Assembly: GCA_043808015.1 (NCBI GenBank)
Contig: JAZDFI010000008.1
Coordinates: 13,271-77,270, forward strand
DNA length: 64,000 nt
Direction of reading: 5' to 3'
Origin: Candidatus Aenigmatarchaeota archaeon
Lineage (GTDB): Archaea > Aenigmatarchaeota > Aenigmatarchaeia > QMZP01 > QMZT01
The first letter of the stretch is position 1. The number at the start of each line of letters is the position of its first letter. Below the pieces are notes generated by a model. It saw only the letters and a list, made by a program, of their open reading frames with translations, made no database searches and was not told the DNA's origin. Below are positions 27,971 to 39,439 of this stretch, one piece after another. The position numbers were made by a program, and so were the translations under genes.

Positions 27971-28540
27971 TCACTTCTTGCCTTTGTCTTCCTTTGAACC
28001 GGCACCAGCGCCCGGTTTGGCCTTGCTCCTCTGCACGCCTATCGTGCTGCCGCTCCTGAATGAGCTTCTGGTTCTCTGGCCGCGGACTGGCTGGCCCAAC
28101 GAGTGTCGAACGCCTTTGTAGCATCTTATCTTCTTCAGCCTGTCGATATCGTTCTTCTCAGTCAGATCGAGCTGTGACGTTGTAAGATGGAAAGTGCCAC
28201 CCTTTTCAGGGTCTTTTCTCCTGTTGAACATCCATGAGGGGATTTTGTGCTTATCCATGCTGTTTATGATATCCTCTAGCTTGCTGAGGTCATGCTCGCT
28301 CAGTTCTGACAACTTCTTGTCGCCAAAACCGGATATGTCGGCTATCGCGCGCGACAAAGAATATGATATGCCTGATATGCCCATGATGGCGTGCTGGACC
28401 TTCCTGTTGCCATCGAGATTAGTCTCGCCCAGCCTGATTATGTTTTTTAATCGCTTGTCAGCTCCGAATTCTTTCCTCTCTTCCTTCTTCTTGTCGGTCT
28501 TTTCGACCTTCTCTTTCTTTTGCGCTTTTTCGTCAGCCAT
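27971..28540 (-). CDS. rps13: 30S ribosomal protein uS13, with a Lys/Glu-rich N-terminal extension
   Basis: IIRLGETNLDGNRKVQHAIMGISGIS core; basic C-terminal tail. Confidence 0.9.
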   Translation of the reverse strand: MADEKAQKKEKVEKTDKKKEERKEFGADKRLKNIIRLGETNLDGNRKVQHAIMGISGISYSLSRAIADISGFGDKKLSELSEHDLSKLEDIINSMDKHKIPSWMFNRRKDPEKGGTFHLTTSQLDLTEKNDIDRLKKIRCYKGVRHSLGQPVRGQRTRSSFRSGSTIGVQRSKAKPGAGAGSKEDKGKK

Positions 28541-28628
28541 GAATACACCGATATATACAGTATGTCAATATGTAAAGACAATTATATAAATGAATATTTA
28601 AATATTCTCCGTTGCCGGTTTTCGGGGA

Positions 28629-29327
28629 CTATGTCACTTTTCTTGCAAATTCCTCAGCTTTTCCCCGCATATCGCTTGCCTGGTATAACGCCCGTCCGAT
28701 TATGGCGTGCCATTCCTTTCCGGCCGCGCGAGCCGCGTCGCTGATGTCGCCGCCCTGCGTTATCATGCCAGGCGAATAGAAAACGGGCTTTACACCTTTT
28801 GTTTCGAGCGTGCGCTTGTATTCGGCTATGCGCTCAGGCTTGTTGCCAGGCACGACGAAGTCGCTTACGCCTAGCGACGCCGCAAGCTCGTATATCGCCT
28901 GGGGCGCGCTGTTGCGTATGAAGCCGCCGTCGCTTTCGAGATATTTGGGGTGGGTCATCTCCCCGCCTATTATCACACCCAAACCCTCTTTCTGCGCGGC
29001 CTCAATCCATCGCCTCTCGGTTTCAGGCCCGGCCTGCGGGAAGAGAATCACAGCATCGACACCTTTGCACGCTTTCATGAACTTCTCACCGGTGTCGGGA
29101 ATGTCCGTCCCGGCCTTCTGGTGATCGTAAATTATCGGCAGTTCCGTGTGCATGCGTATCGTGTGTATGACGCTTTTCATGCCAAAAGGAATTACCAGCT
29201 CGAAGCCGATCTTGTAGCCGCCAATCCCTTTCACATCGCATGTTTCCCTGACCAGTTTATCGAGCGTTTCCAGCGTAGCGACGTCGCAAGCCGGTATTAT
29301 GCTCCTGTCTGCTTTTATTATTTTCAT
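28629..29327 (-). CDS. pyrF: Orotidine 5'-phosphate decarboxylase
   Basis: IYDHQKAGTDIPDTGEKF aligns to the DxKxxDIP(N/E)T active-site region; last gene of the pyr operon; start set at ATG 29327. Confidence 0.8.
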   Translation of the reverse strand: MKIIKADRSIIPACDVATLETLDKLVRETCDVKGIGGYKIGFELVIPFGMKSVIHTIRMHTELPIIYDHQKAGTDIPDTGEKFMKACKGVDAVILFPQAGPETERRWIEAAQKEGLGVIIGGEMTHPKYLESDGGFIRNSAPQAIYELAASLGVSDFVVPGNKPERIAEYKRTLETKGVKPVFYSPGMITQGGDISDAARAAGKEWHAIIGRALYQASDMRGKAEEFARKVT

Positions 29328-29363
29328 ATCATCACCTTTCCATTTTTGCCATTGCAATTACTT

Positions 29364-30011
29364 TTATTCGAAACCCATTTTTCTGCCCCAGTTCGGAGGA
29401 TCCTTGTTCCATTCCAGAGCCTTGGAGGCCTCGTCGTGACTTATGTATTTCATATCACCCGCCACGCTTATCAGCGTCGTGAAGTCGCTCAGGGGGATGA
29501 GCTCGCATTTCGCCTGGATAAACGCGGCTTTCGCCTTCGCCATCTCGTATGTGAATATCGCCAGGCAATGCTCGACCACGCCTCCTTGGTCGCGCACGGC
29601 TTCGACGCCTGCGATGCTGGAGCCACCCGTCGAGATGAGATCCTCGACTATCAGTACTCGCTGTCCGCGCTCCATCTTCCCTTCGATCAAATTCTCCTTG
29701 CCGTGGTCTTTCGCTTCCTTGCGTATGTAAATCATGGGCTTGCCCAGTTTCTCGGCCAGCCACGCTGCATGCGGAATGCCAGATGAAGCGATGCCCGCGA
29801 CTATGTCGAAATCGAGCTTCCGCTCTTTGACGACTTTTGCAAAATAATCGACTATCATGGCGCGCTTATCGGGGTAGGACATTACAAGACGGTTGTCGCA
29901 GTAAATCGGGCTGAGTATGCCTGACGCGTATCGATAAGGCTTCTGCGGATTAAGCGTGACAGCCTTTATTTCAAGCAGAATCTTCGCGACGTCTTTTGCT
30001 ATATCACCCAT
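29364..30011 (-). CDS. pyrE: Orotate phosphoribosyltransferase
   Basis: PRPP-binding motif VLIVEDLISTGGS. Confidence 0.9.
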   Translation of the reverse strand: MGDIAKDVAKILLEIKAVTLNPQKPYRYASGILSPIYCDNRLVMSYPDKRAMIVDYFAKVVKERKLDFDIVAGIASSGIPHAAWLAEKLGKPMIYIRKEAKDHGKENLIEGKMERGQRVLIVEDLISTGGSSIAGVEAVRDQGGVVEHCLAIFTYEMAKAKAAFIQAKCELIPLSDFTTLISVAGDMKYISHDEASKALEWNKDPPNWGRKMGFE

Positions 30012-31215
30012 AAACTATCCCCCTCCCCTTGTTTTTCACGACATCACCATCATCGAAAACTATTTTTCCTCTCACGATGGTTTTCACCGGCCAGCCGCGT
30101 ACCTCGAAGCCGTCGAAAGGCGACCAGCCGCATTTCGTGCGCATCTCGTCGTTCCTGATTTTTTTCTGGGCCTTCATGTCCACTATCACGAAATCAGCGT
30201 CATACCCCTTTTTTATGAAGCCCTTGTTTTTGAGCCTGAAAATTTTTGCAGGGTTCTCGCACATGGTCCCGACCAAACGCCTCAGCGTGAGCCTGCGCTT
30301 GTTGACAGCGTCCAGCATTAGCGGAAGGCGCGTTTCGACGCCTGGCACGCCGTATAAATCGCCGGCTTCCTTTTCCTCGATGGTATGCGGCGCGTGATCG
30401 CTGCCTATCGTGTCTATCAGTCCAGCGTTAAGCGAATCCCAGAGCGCGCGCCTGTCGCTCTCGTTCTTGAGCGACGGCTTCATGCGGATGAGCTGCGTCT
30501 GGTCGGTCTCGGTCAGGAAAAGGTGGTGCGGCGTAACTTCGGCGAAAACGTTTTTGCCGTGGTTTTCCTTGACGTATTCCAGTTCGTTAAGTGTGCTCAC
30601 ATGACAAAGATAAAATTTCTTCTTCAGCTTTTCGGATATTTCTATCGCCTTCCTGGCGTTACGTCCCTCCGCGTGAATGGTGCACATGCGGGACGCCGCG
30701 ATTATGCCGCTGATTATTTTATCGTCCTGTATCAGCATGTTGCCCGTGGAAGCGTCCATGAAAATTTTCGTGGATGCGGCTTCCCCTGATTTTTCAACCT
30801 TATTGATTTCCTTTATGTTGTCAGCAGACGATCCGAAATGAAAACCGAAATCAACTATAGACTTGCTGGAGGCGAGCGAGATTTTTTCCTCAAGAAGCTT
30901 TCCCGTGAGAGTCGGTGGTTTCGTGTTCGGCATGTCCAGCACACTGGTTACCCCGCCCGCGGCTGCCGCCTGGCTGCCTGTCCTGAAATCCTCCTTGTGC
31001 GTCAGGCCGGGTTCGCGGAAATGGACGTGAGGGTCTATGGAGCCCGGAAGGATTAGCATATCGCTAGCGTTTATCGTCTCGTCCGCGGCTGTCTTGCCAC
31101 TGAATATTTTTTTGATGGTGCCGTTTTCAACTAGAATGTTTTTCCTGACAATCCTGCCGTCGATATAGACCATGCCGTTCTGGATAAAAAGCGTGTCGCT
31201 CATTGGCATCTCCAT
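30004..31215 (-). CDS. pyrC: Dihydroorotase
   Basis: DPHVHFREPG metal-binding motif; amidohydrolase fold. Confidence 0.85.
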   Translation of the reverse strand: MEMPMSDTLFIQNGMVYIDGRIVRKNILVENGTIKKIFSGKTAADETINASDMLILPGSIDPHVHFREPGLTHKEDFRTGSQAAAAGGVTSVLDMPNTKPPTLTGKLLEEKISLASSKSIVDFGFHFGSSADNIKEINKVEKSGEAASTKIFMDASTGNMLIQDDKIISGIIAASRMCTIHAEGRNARKAIEISEKLKKKFYLCHVSTLNELEYVKENHGKNVFAEVTPHHLFLTETDQTQLIRMKPSLKNESDRRALWDSLNAGLIDTIGSDHAPHTIEEKEAGDLYGVPGVETRLPLMLDAVNKRRLTLRRLVGTMCENPAKIFRLKNKGFIKKGYDADFVIVDMKAQKKIRNDEMRTKCGWSPFDGFEVRGWPVKTIVRGKIVFDDGDVVKNKGRGIVYG

Positions 31216-32006
31216 CTGGCGTAATCGCTTATCGCGACTTTCTCGCCGCTCTTCAGGCGCGCGAAGGCGCCGAAGTCCTTTATCTTCCTGAGCTGTTCGC
31301 TAGCGAAAACGGGACCGTCCTTGCACACGCGTAAACCATCGGCTTCGCACTGGCCGCAGACGCCGAAGCCGCATTTCATGAAGCGCTCGAGGCTCGCCTC
31401 GCATTCGATTCCGTTCCGTTCGCATATCTCGAATACGCGCTTCATCATTATCTCGGGGCCGCACGTGTAAACGATGCTGAATTTCTTTTTCGCCAGTTGC
31501 GCTTCGAGAACGTCGGTGACGAAGCCCTTCGTCCCGGCAGTGCCGTCGTCCGTCGTTATGTTCGCGCCTTTAAAGCGCCCTTTGAAAATTATCCTGTCTT
31601 GCGACCTCGCTCCCTGGATGACGAGCGGGTTTTTCAGGCGCTCTATGAGCGTCGATAGCGGCGCGACGCCGCAGCCCCCGGCGACGACGCATGCGTCCGC
31701 CTTCAGCGTGAATCCATTGCCATACGGGCCGCGAATGCCTATCTTATTCCCAATTTTCATGCTGAAAAGCGCGTTCGTGAACTTGCCTTTCTCCTCGACT
31801 GTTATCGCCGTCTTATTGCCGGCGTAGGAGAGCGAAAACGGCTTTTCGTCCAGGCCCGGAAGCCATACCATTACGAATTGTCCTGGTTGCGCAACGATTT
31901 TCTTATTGATGAAAAAAGTCCTGACGTAAGGATTCTCGTACACGACTTTTGTTATCTTCACCATCTCAGGCAGTTCCGGTTTTTTGCAGTTATCCATGGG
32001 CGGCAC
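31200..32006 (-). CDS. pyrK: Dihydroorotate dehydrogenase electron-transfer subunit PyrK (FAD/NAD-binding, 2Fe-2S)
   Basis: Ferredoxin-reductase-like fold; C-terminal CGFGVCGQCEADGLRVCKDGPVF cluster. Confidence 0.85.
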   Translation of the reverse strand: MPPMDNCKKPELPEMVKITKVVYENPYVRTFFINKKIVAQPGQFVMVWLPGLDEKPFSLSYAGNKTAITVEEKGKFTNALFSMKIGNKIGIRGPYGNGFTLKADACVVAGGCGVAPLSTLIERLKNPLVIQGARSQDRIIFKGRFKGANITTDDGTAGTKGFVTDVLEAQLAKKKFSIVYTCGPEIMMKRVFEICERNGIECEASLERFMKCGFGVCGQCEADGLRVCKDGPVFASEQLRKIKDFGAFARLKSGEKVAISDYARWRCQ

Positions 32007-32901
32007 CTATTATTTCATCGAAGCGCTCGTATCCGTTCTCGTACATCCACTCGCTCATCTCGGAGCAGATTTTTTTGAAAACATCCATACCCCTGTAATG
32101 CACGGCCGAGCCTACGCCTATCGCCGTCGCGCCCGCCATCATAATCTCAATCGCATCCCGCCCTGTCGCGACTCCGCCGGTTCCTATTATCGGAATTTTG
32201 ACGCTTTCGTAAATGTCGTAGACGCAGCGGACAGCGACCGGCTTTAGCGCCGGTCCGGAAACGCCGCCCATCCTGAAGCCGAGAACCGGCGTCTTCGCGT
32301 CTATGTTTATTATCATGCCGGGACCCATCGTGTTGACAGCCGTTATAGCAGACGCTCCTGCCTTTTCAGCTGCCCTGGCGACGTCTCCGATGTTCCTCGT
32401 GATGGGTGATAGCTTTACGAAAACAGGAAGCTTGGTCTTCTTTATCACGGCTTTCACTATCTCGTGCGTCTTCTCGGGCGTGTCCTGTCCGGCGAGAGTG
32501 CCGAAGCCCGGGGTGTGAGGACATGAAAGCGGAATTTCTATCGCGGAGAACTCGAGACCTTCCAGCGCCTCGGCGACTTTCTCGAATTCGTCAACGTCCT
32601 GCCCTATCATGCTGGCGAAGACGGGAGCGCCCAGTTTTTTCAAACCAGTGAACTCTTTTTTCGCGTTGCTGGCGCCGGGATTCGAATAGCCTACCGCGTT
32701 CATGAGGCCGGCGTCGAAGGCGATGACAGTCGGGTTCTTGTGGCCCTCCCTGGGTTCGAGGGAAATCGATTTTATCGTCACTGCGCCGGCGCCGTTTCTT
32801 ATGACTTCAGAAAGAAGCGAACGTGAAACGCCAAGAATGCCGGAAGCAAGGATTATGGGGTTCGCGAGCTTTATGCCGCAGAGGTTCGTTTCAAGGTTCA
32901 T
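31990..32901 (-). CDS. pyrD: Dihydroorotate dehydrogenase catalytic subunit (class 1B)
   Basis: MNLETNLCGIKLANPIILASG N-terminus; TIM-barrel FMN motifs. Confidence 0.9.
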   Translation of the reverse strand: MNLETNLCGIKLANPIILASGILGVSRSLLSEVIRNGAGAVTIKSISLEPREGHKNPTVIAFDAGLMNAVGYSNPGASNAKKEFTGLKKLGAPVFASMIGQDVDEFEKVAEALEGLEFSAIEIPLSCPHTPGFGTLAGQDTPEKTHEIVKAVIKKTKLPVFVKLSPITRNIGDVARAAEKAGASAITAVNTMGPGMIINIDAKTPVLGFRMGGVSGPALKPVAVRCVYDIYESVKIPIIGTGGVATGRDAIEIMMAGATAIGVGSAVHYRGMDVFKKICSEMSEWMYENGYERFDEIIGAAHG

Positions 32902-32911
32902 GCCTCTCTTC

Positions 32912-34365
<1,454 letters not shown>

Positions 34366-34501
34366 TTATTAATTCTGCCGGTATGACAAGCAGTTGCATG
34401 CACTACAAGTTGGTGGGCAATAATACGAAAATGCTCGAAATTTATATTAATAATACAATATAATTAACTAACTTTGTATGGTTAGTGTGAGAGGTGTGTT
34501 T

Positions 34502-35671
34502 ATGAAAAAAGAGATGTTATCGGTTTTCGTGATTGGAGCGTTCATGCTTACAATCATGTCTTCGGTCTTCGCGGCCACGATGGTGACAGGGGGTCTGCAA
34601 ATAATACTAACACGGCAGAATCCGTACCCCGTCGAGCCTGGTCAGGTCGTGGACATAGAAATCTCGCTGCAGAACAACGGTTACGCCGAGGCGCAGAATA
34701 TCATACTTGAGATAAATCCCAATAATCCGTTCACGCTTTTGCCTGGTCAGGAGAAGATCAAAAGCTTTTCCAGAATAGCCGCTCGCGATCATGTCACGGC
34801 GACTTACAAGCTGCTCGTCGCTCAGGATGCGATAACCAACAACTACGAGCTCGATTTCAAATATTACCAGCCTGGCAGCACCGACGTGCAGAGTACGGAC
34901 AAGGTGATCATACATGTCCAGGGAAAGCCGAAGCTCGTGCTGGACGGCATAGTAACGGATCCTGTTGAAATACAACCAGGCGACACAGTTACTATAAAGA
35001 CCATGGTAAAGAACATGGGAACCGGTTCAGCATCGCTGACAGAAGCGGTTCTTTTTTCCAACACGTCGTACATACTCCCGGTTTTTTCAGGCGGCATGTA
35101 TTTCATTGGTGAAATAAATCCGGGACGGACAGTCGAGGCGACTTTCACCATGAGCATAGACAATTCCGCCGAATACAAAAACTACCCGAGCATGCTCACG
35201 CTTTCTTACAAGGACGAAAGCGGCAATGACCAGACTACAAGCTTCTACATCGGCATGCCGGTAAGAGGAAGCCCCGTAATAGAGATATTGAATGCTAAAG
35301 TGGAAGGCTCGGACTTCAAGGTTGACCTTGAGAACATAGGCACTGCCAATGCGAAAGCGCTTAAGATATCGCTGGTCCAGTCAGGGCAGGTAAAGGACTC
35401 GCAAATCGCTAGCGAGTTGCGACCGTCGAAGCAGAAGACGCTGCGTTTCCGCGGCTTCGAGTACGGCAATGCGATAATAAACATTTCCTATCTGGACGAG
35501 AGCAACGAGTTTTTCAGCAACGAGATTCCGCTTTCGATTGCCCAGTCGGCATACGCCGAAGAACAGTCTGGGAATGGCGGCCTCTCGCCGCTGATACCGG
35601 TGCTGATAGTGGTCGTGGTGCTGGAAAGCTATTACGTGTGGAGACTGCGCAAAAAGTCCGGCAGTAAATAA
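34502..35671 (+). CDS. Secreted/surface beta-sandwich protein (COG1361 'S-layer domain'/CARDB-like) with signal peptide and C-terminal TM anchor; partner of the downstream ABC/FtsX transporter
   Basis: Signal peptide MKKEMLSVFVIGAFMLTIMSSVFAA; repeated Ig-like segments; C-terminal hydrophobic anchor plus RKKSGSK; conserved archaeal neighbourhood with MacB-like ABC systems. Confidence 0.65.
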   Translation: MKKEMLSVFVIGAFMLTIMSSVFAATMVTGGLQIILTRQNPYPVEPGQVVDIEISLQNNGYAEAQNIILEINPNNPFTLLPGQEKIKSFSRIAARDHVTATYKLLVAQDAITNNYELDFKYYQPGSTDVQSTDKVIIHVQGKPKLVLDGIVTDPVEIQPGDTVTIKTMVKNMGTGSASLTEAVLFSNTSYILPVFSGGMYFIGEINPGRTVEATFTMSIDNSAEYKNYPSMLTLSYKDESGNDQTTSFYIGMPVRGSPVIEILNAKVEGSDFKVDLENIGTANAKALKISLVQSGQVKDSQIASELRPSKQKTLRFRGFEYGNAIINISYLDESNEFFSNEIPLSIAQSAYAEEQSGNGGLSPLIPVLIVVVVLESYYVWRLRKKSGSK

Positions 35672-35690
35672 GCCATAGCGCCGCTCCAGG

Positions 35691-36377
35691 ATGGTAAGCA
35701 TGAAAAAGGTAATGTTTGAGCTGAAGGACGTCTGGAAGGTTTACTGCATGAAAGGCGCCGAAACGCAGGCGCTGAGAGACATAAGCCTGAAGATAGAGAA
35801 CGGCGAATACATAGCGATAGTCGGCCAGTCCGGCTCCGGCAAATCGACGCTCATGCACGTTATCGGGTGCCTCGACACACCCACGCGCGGCAGCGTAGTC
35901 GTCGACGGGAAAGAGATATCAGAACTCGAGGACGACGATCTTGCCAAGATAAGAAGAGAGAAGATAGGCTTCGTTTTCCAGGCTTTCAACCTTATAGGCA
36001 GTTTGACGGCGGCGGAAAATGTAGCGATGCCCATGAGGTTCAGCGGCTACGGAAAAGCGGAATCCATCAAAAAGGCAAAGGAGCTTCTCAAGAGGGTCGG
36101 CCTCGAAAAGCGAGTGGATCACAAACCAAACCAGCTTTCCGGCGGAGAGCAGCAGAGGGTCGCGATTTGCCGCGCCCTGGCGAACGACCCGGAAGTCATA
36201 CTTGCGGACGAGCCAACGGGCAACCTCGACAGCAGGTCCGGCAGCGAAATAATCGAACTTATTGAAGAACTTCACAAGTCGGGCAAGACTATAATAATAG
36301 TCACCCACGACCAGAGCCTTGCAAGGCGCGCGAAAAGGCAGATAAAACTGAAGGACGGACAGATAGTGAATGAATAG
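35691..36377 (+). CDS. ABC transporter ATP-binding protein (MacB/LolD-like)
   Basis: Walker [10 protein letters not shown]; signature [11 protein letters not shown]; Walker [12 protein letters not shown]. Confidence 0.9.
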   Translation: MVSMKKVMFELKDVWKVYCMKGAETQALRDISLKIENGEYIAIVGQSGSGKSTLMHVIGCLDTPTRGSVVVDGKEISELEDDDLAKIRREKIGFVFQAFNLIGSLTAAENVAMPMRFSGYGKAESIKKAKELLKRVGLEKRVDHKPNQLSGGEQQRVAICRALANDPEVILADEPTGNLDSRSGSEIIELIEELHKSGKTIIIVTHDQSLARRAKRQIKLKDGQIVNE

Positions 36378-36379
36378 TT

Positions 36380-37507
36380 ATGATCGACTTTGCGCTAAAG
36401 GACCTGAAGGGTCACAGGGTTAGAACAATTCTCACCGGACTAGGCATACTCATAGCCATAACGGCAATCGTTTCTCTTGGTTCCATATCGGCCGGCATAA
36501 ACGAGATGGTCACATCGACCACGAGCAAAGTTGGTTCCGATACGATTTTCATCATGAAAACTTTTGATATGTCATCGATGTCCGGCCCGCCCACGTCTTG
36601 GCAGATAAGCGACATAAGCCAGGAGGACGTCGAAGCCATAAAATCCATTTCCGGCATCAAGCGCGCGGTCCCTGTTCTTTCAAAGAGCATGGGCGGCATC
36701 ATGGAAGTCGACGCTATCGACATAGACAACCTCGACATTTTCGGCGCTGACGACCTCACGTTCAAGGAAGGCTCGATGCCCGGGAACGATGATCAGGGAG
36801 CGGCGCTAGGATACACCGCTGCCAAAATTCTCGGCGTGAGCTCCGGCGACTACATAACGCTGAACAAAAAAGAAGTCGAAGTGATGGGCGTCGTCGAGGA
36901 AGGATACGGGTCTTATGACCTTGTCATACTTCTGCCTTACAAATACGGCGAGGAGATTTACGACGCAGAGGGCGAAGCCACGCAAGTCATGGTGGAGCCG
37001 CAGGACGTCTCTCTTGTCGATGAAATAAAAAATACAGTCAAGGATGAATTCGATGGGCTTGACGCCATGACCATGGAGGACGCGCTCTCCATGTCGAAAC
37101 AGATGACCCAGACGCTCGACATCATGACACTGGGCATAGGTTTCATCGCATCGCTCGTCGCTGCAATAGGCATCATAATAACGATGTATACGTCCGTTCT
37201 CGAGCGACGAAGGCAACTGGGCATAATGAAAGCCGTAGGCGCGCTGAGAAGAACGATAATGAAGCAGATACTCGAAGAAGCGCTTTTGATTTCGCTGGTA
37301 AGCAGCATGATCGGCCTCGGCATATCTTTCGTTTTCGTGGACCTGATAAACAACGTCCTGCTCGGCGGGACGAAAATAGCGACCATAACGCCGCTCCTTG
37401 GCATAGGGGCGGTCGCGTATGGCGTGATGATTACAATCATATCCAGTCTGTATCCGGCATGGGTGGCGGTTAAAATCGACCCCATAGAGGCGATAAGAAA
37501 GGGTTAG
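36380..37507 (+). CDS. ABC transporter permease, FtsX/MacB-like with large extracytoplasmic domain
   Basis: N-terminal TM helix; about 200-aa extracytoplasmic domain; three C-terminal TM helices (FtsX fold). Confidence 0.8.
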   Translation: MIDFALKDLKGHRVRTILTGLGILIAITAIVSLGSISAGINEMVTSTTSKVGSDTIFIMKTFDMSSMSGPPTSWQISDISQEDVEAIKSISGIKRAVPVLSKSMGGIMEVDAIDIDNLDIFGADDLTFKEGSMPGNDDQGAALGYTAAKILGVSSGDYITLNKKEVEVMGVVEEGYGSYDLVILLPYKYGEEIYDAEGEATQVMVEPQDVSLVDEIKNTVKDEFDGLDAMTMEDALSMSKQMTQTLDIMTLGIGFIASLVAAIGIIITMYTSVLERRRQLGIMKAVGALRRTIMKQILEEALLISLVSSMIGLGISFVFVDLINNVLLGGTKIATITPLLGIGAVAYGVMITIISSLYPAWVAVKIDPIEAIRKG

Positions 37508-37508
37508 C

Positions 37509-38615
37509 ATGCTTTGGGAAAATATTTTAAGGGAATTCGGAAGGCATAAGTTCAGGACAGCGCTAACGATACTCGGCGTTATGATAGGCATATTCCTCGT
37601 AACCAGCGTTTCCTCATTTTCCGAGGGGATAATCTACTACGTCAACGACCAGATAAAAGTGACGTCCGGCCTTATCACAGTCCACCAGAGCGACATCGCC
37701 GGTTTCAACATACAGGCCAGCGAGATAGACCAGGCCCTCGTGAGCGACGTGGAAGGCATATCCGGCGTGGAAAAGGTCGCGCCCATACTTTACGCTAACA
37801 TAGACGGCGTCGGCACCGCGATAGGCATATCAAAAGAAGGAGAAAACATACTGCGCGGCGTTAACATGGAGATAGAAGAAGGACGGGATTTCAGCGAGGG
37901 ACAAAAAGAAGTTGTTGCAGGAAAGACGTTCGCGGACAACAGCAATTACGTGGTCGGCGACCTGATCAAAATTGAAAACACGGAATTCGAGATAGTAGGC
38001 ATACTGCAGAAGACGGGCAGGAGCGACATCGACAACGCGATAAATCTTGACCTGGCCGAGCTGCAGGACGCCACCGGTAAAAAAGACATGATAACCCTGA
38101 TGATGATACAACCGTCGACACCCGAAGACGCGGATTACATAGAGCAGGCGGTCAACGACAATTTCGACGAGATAGAGGCGATGACGGACAAGAGCATAAT
38201 GAATTCGGTCAATGACATGCTGGGTCAGCTCAACGCGCTCACGTTCGCGCTAGGCAGCATAGCCGCTCTCATTTCCGGCATAGTGATAATGAACGTGATG
38301 ATAATCGCCGTGCGCGAGAGACGCAGGGAGATAGGAACGATGAAAGCGATAGGAGCGACCAACCGCCAGGTGTTACTATCGATTCTTTTGGAATCGATAA
38401 CCATAAGCCTCATCGGAGCGGTGATAGGCGTGGCCTTGAGTTTCGGAGGAGCGGCTTTCATCAACAGCATATTGTTCAGTCCCATCGCCCTCATAACGCC
38501 GCGCCTCATGCTACAGAGCATTCTATTCGCGACTTTCATAGGCGCTGTTTCGGGCATCGTTCCCGCAAGACAGGCCGCAAAACTCAATCCCATAGAATCG
38601 CTGAGATACGAATGA
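37509..38615 (+). CDS. Second FtsX/MacB-like ABC permease
   Basis: Same architecture as the upstream permease; one-nt intergenic spacing. Confidence 0.8.
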   Translation: MLWENILREFGRHKFRTALTILGVMIGIFLVTSVSSFSEGIIYYVNDQIKVTSGLITVHQSDIAGFNIQASEIDQALVSDVEGISGVEKVAPILYANIDGVGTAIGISKEGENILRGVNMEIEEGRDFSEGQKEVVAGKTFADNSNYVVGDLIKIENTEFEIVGILQKTGRSDIDNAINLDLAELQDATGKKDMITLMMIQPSTPEDADYIEQAVNDNFDEIEAMTDKSIMNSVNDMLGQLNALTFALGSIAALISGIVIMNVMIIAVRERRREIGTMKAIGATNRQVLLSILLESITISLIGAVIGVALSFGGAAFINSILFSPIALITPRLMLQSILFATFIGAVSGIVPARQAAKLNPIESLRYE

Positions 38616-38619
38616 ATTT

Positions 38620-39387
38620 TTAGTGGCCTTCGAAAACAATTTTCATAACAAGTATTACAGCTATTCCCATTATCAGCATCGCAACCTGGATGAACGACTT
38701 CTTTTTGTCGCTGCTGCTACGATGAAGCTCCGGTATCAGGTCCGAAGCGGCGATGTATATGAAACCTCCGGCCGCGAAAGGCACGAGAAAAATCGCTAGG
38801 TTATCAGCGAAGTAGCTTGCAATTATAGCCACCGCGGCTCCTGCGACCGCTGTCAGCGCGGTCATGAAGTTCATCATCAGCGCCTTTTTGCGCTTGAAAC
38901 CGCCGTGCATGAGCACGCCGAAGTCGCCTATCTCCTGAGGTATTTCATGGAGTATTACGGCGAACGTTGTAGTGATGCCCAGCGGCACGGAGACGAGATA
39001 GCTGGCGCCTATTATCAGACCGTCTATGAAGTTGTGCACGCTGTCGCCTACCAGATTCATGTAAGCGAACGGGTGAGGATGGGATTCGCTGGTCGGCACG
39101 TGGCAGTGGCGCCAGTGCACGAATTTTTCGACCACGAAAAAGATAATCATGCCCGACAATAACGATATCGATATCTCAAGGCCGAAACCCGACGCTTCGA
39201 CGGCTTCCGGTAGCAGGTGTATGAAAGCGCCGCCCAGCAATCCGCCTGCCGAGAATCCCACGAGATAAAGCAGTATTTTTGACAGTTTCTCTTCCTTTAT
39301 GGAAATCGTTATTACGCCTATTAGCGAAATGGCGCTGACAATCAGAACACTCGCGATTGCGTAGAACCAGGTTTCCAGCAAAACCAT
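38620..39387 (-). CDS. zupT: ZIP-family metal (Zn/Fe) transporter ZupT-like, intact
   Basis: HNFIDGLIIG and HEIPQEIGDFGVL motifs; 8 TM helices. Confidence 0.85.
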   Translation of the reverse strand: MVLLETWFYAIASVLIVSAISLIGVITISIKEEKLSKILLYLVGFSAGGLLGGAFIHLLPEAVEASGFGLEISISLLSGMIIFFVVEKFVHWRHCHVPTSESHPHPFAYMNLVGDSVHNFIDGLIIGASYLVSVPLGITTTFAVILHEIPQEIGDFGVLMHGGFKRKKALMMNFMTALTAVAGAAVAIIASYFADNLAIFLVPFAAGGFIYIAASDLIPELHRSSSDKKKSFIQVAMLIMGIAVILVMKIVFEGH

Positions 39388-39439
39388 GCAAACTATTATT
39401 ATTTTCTTCTATAAAAGCGCGCTCGAATTTAATATCTAT

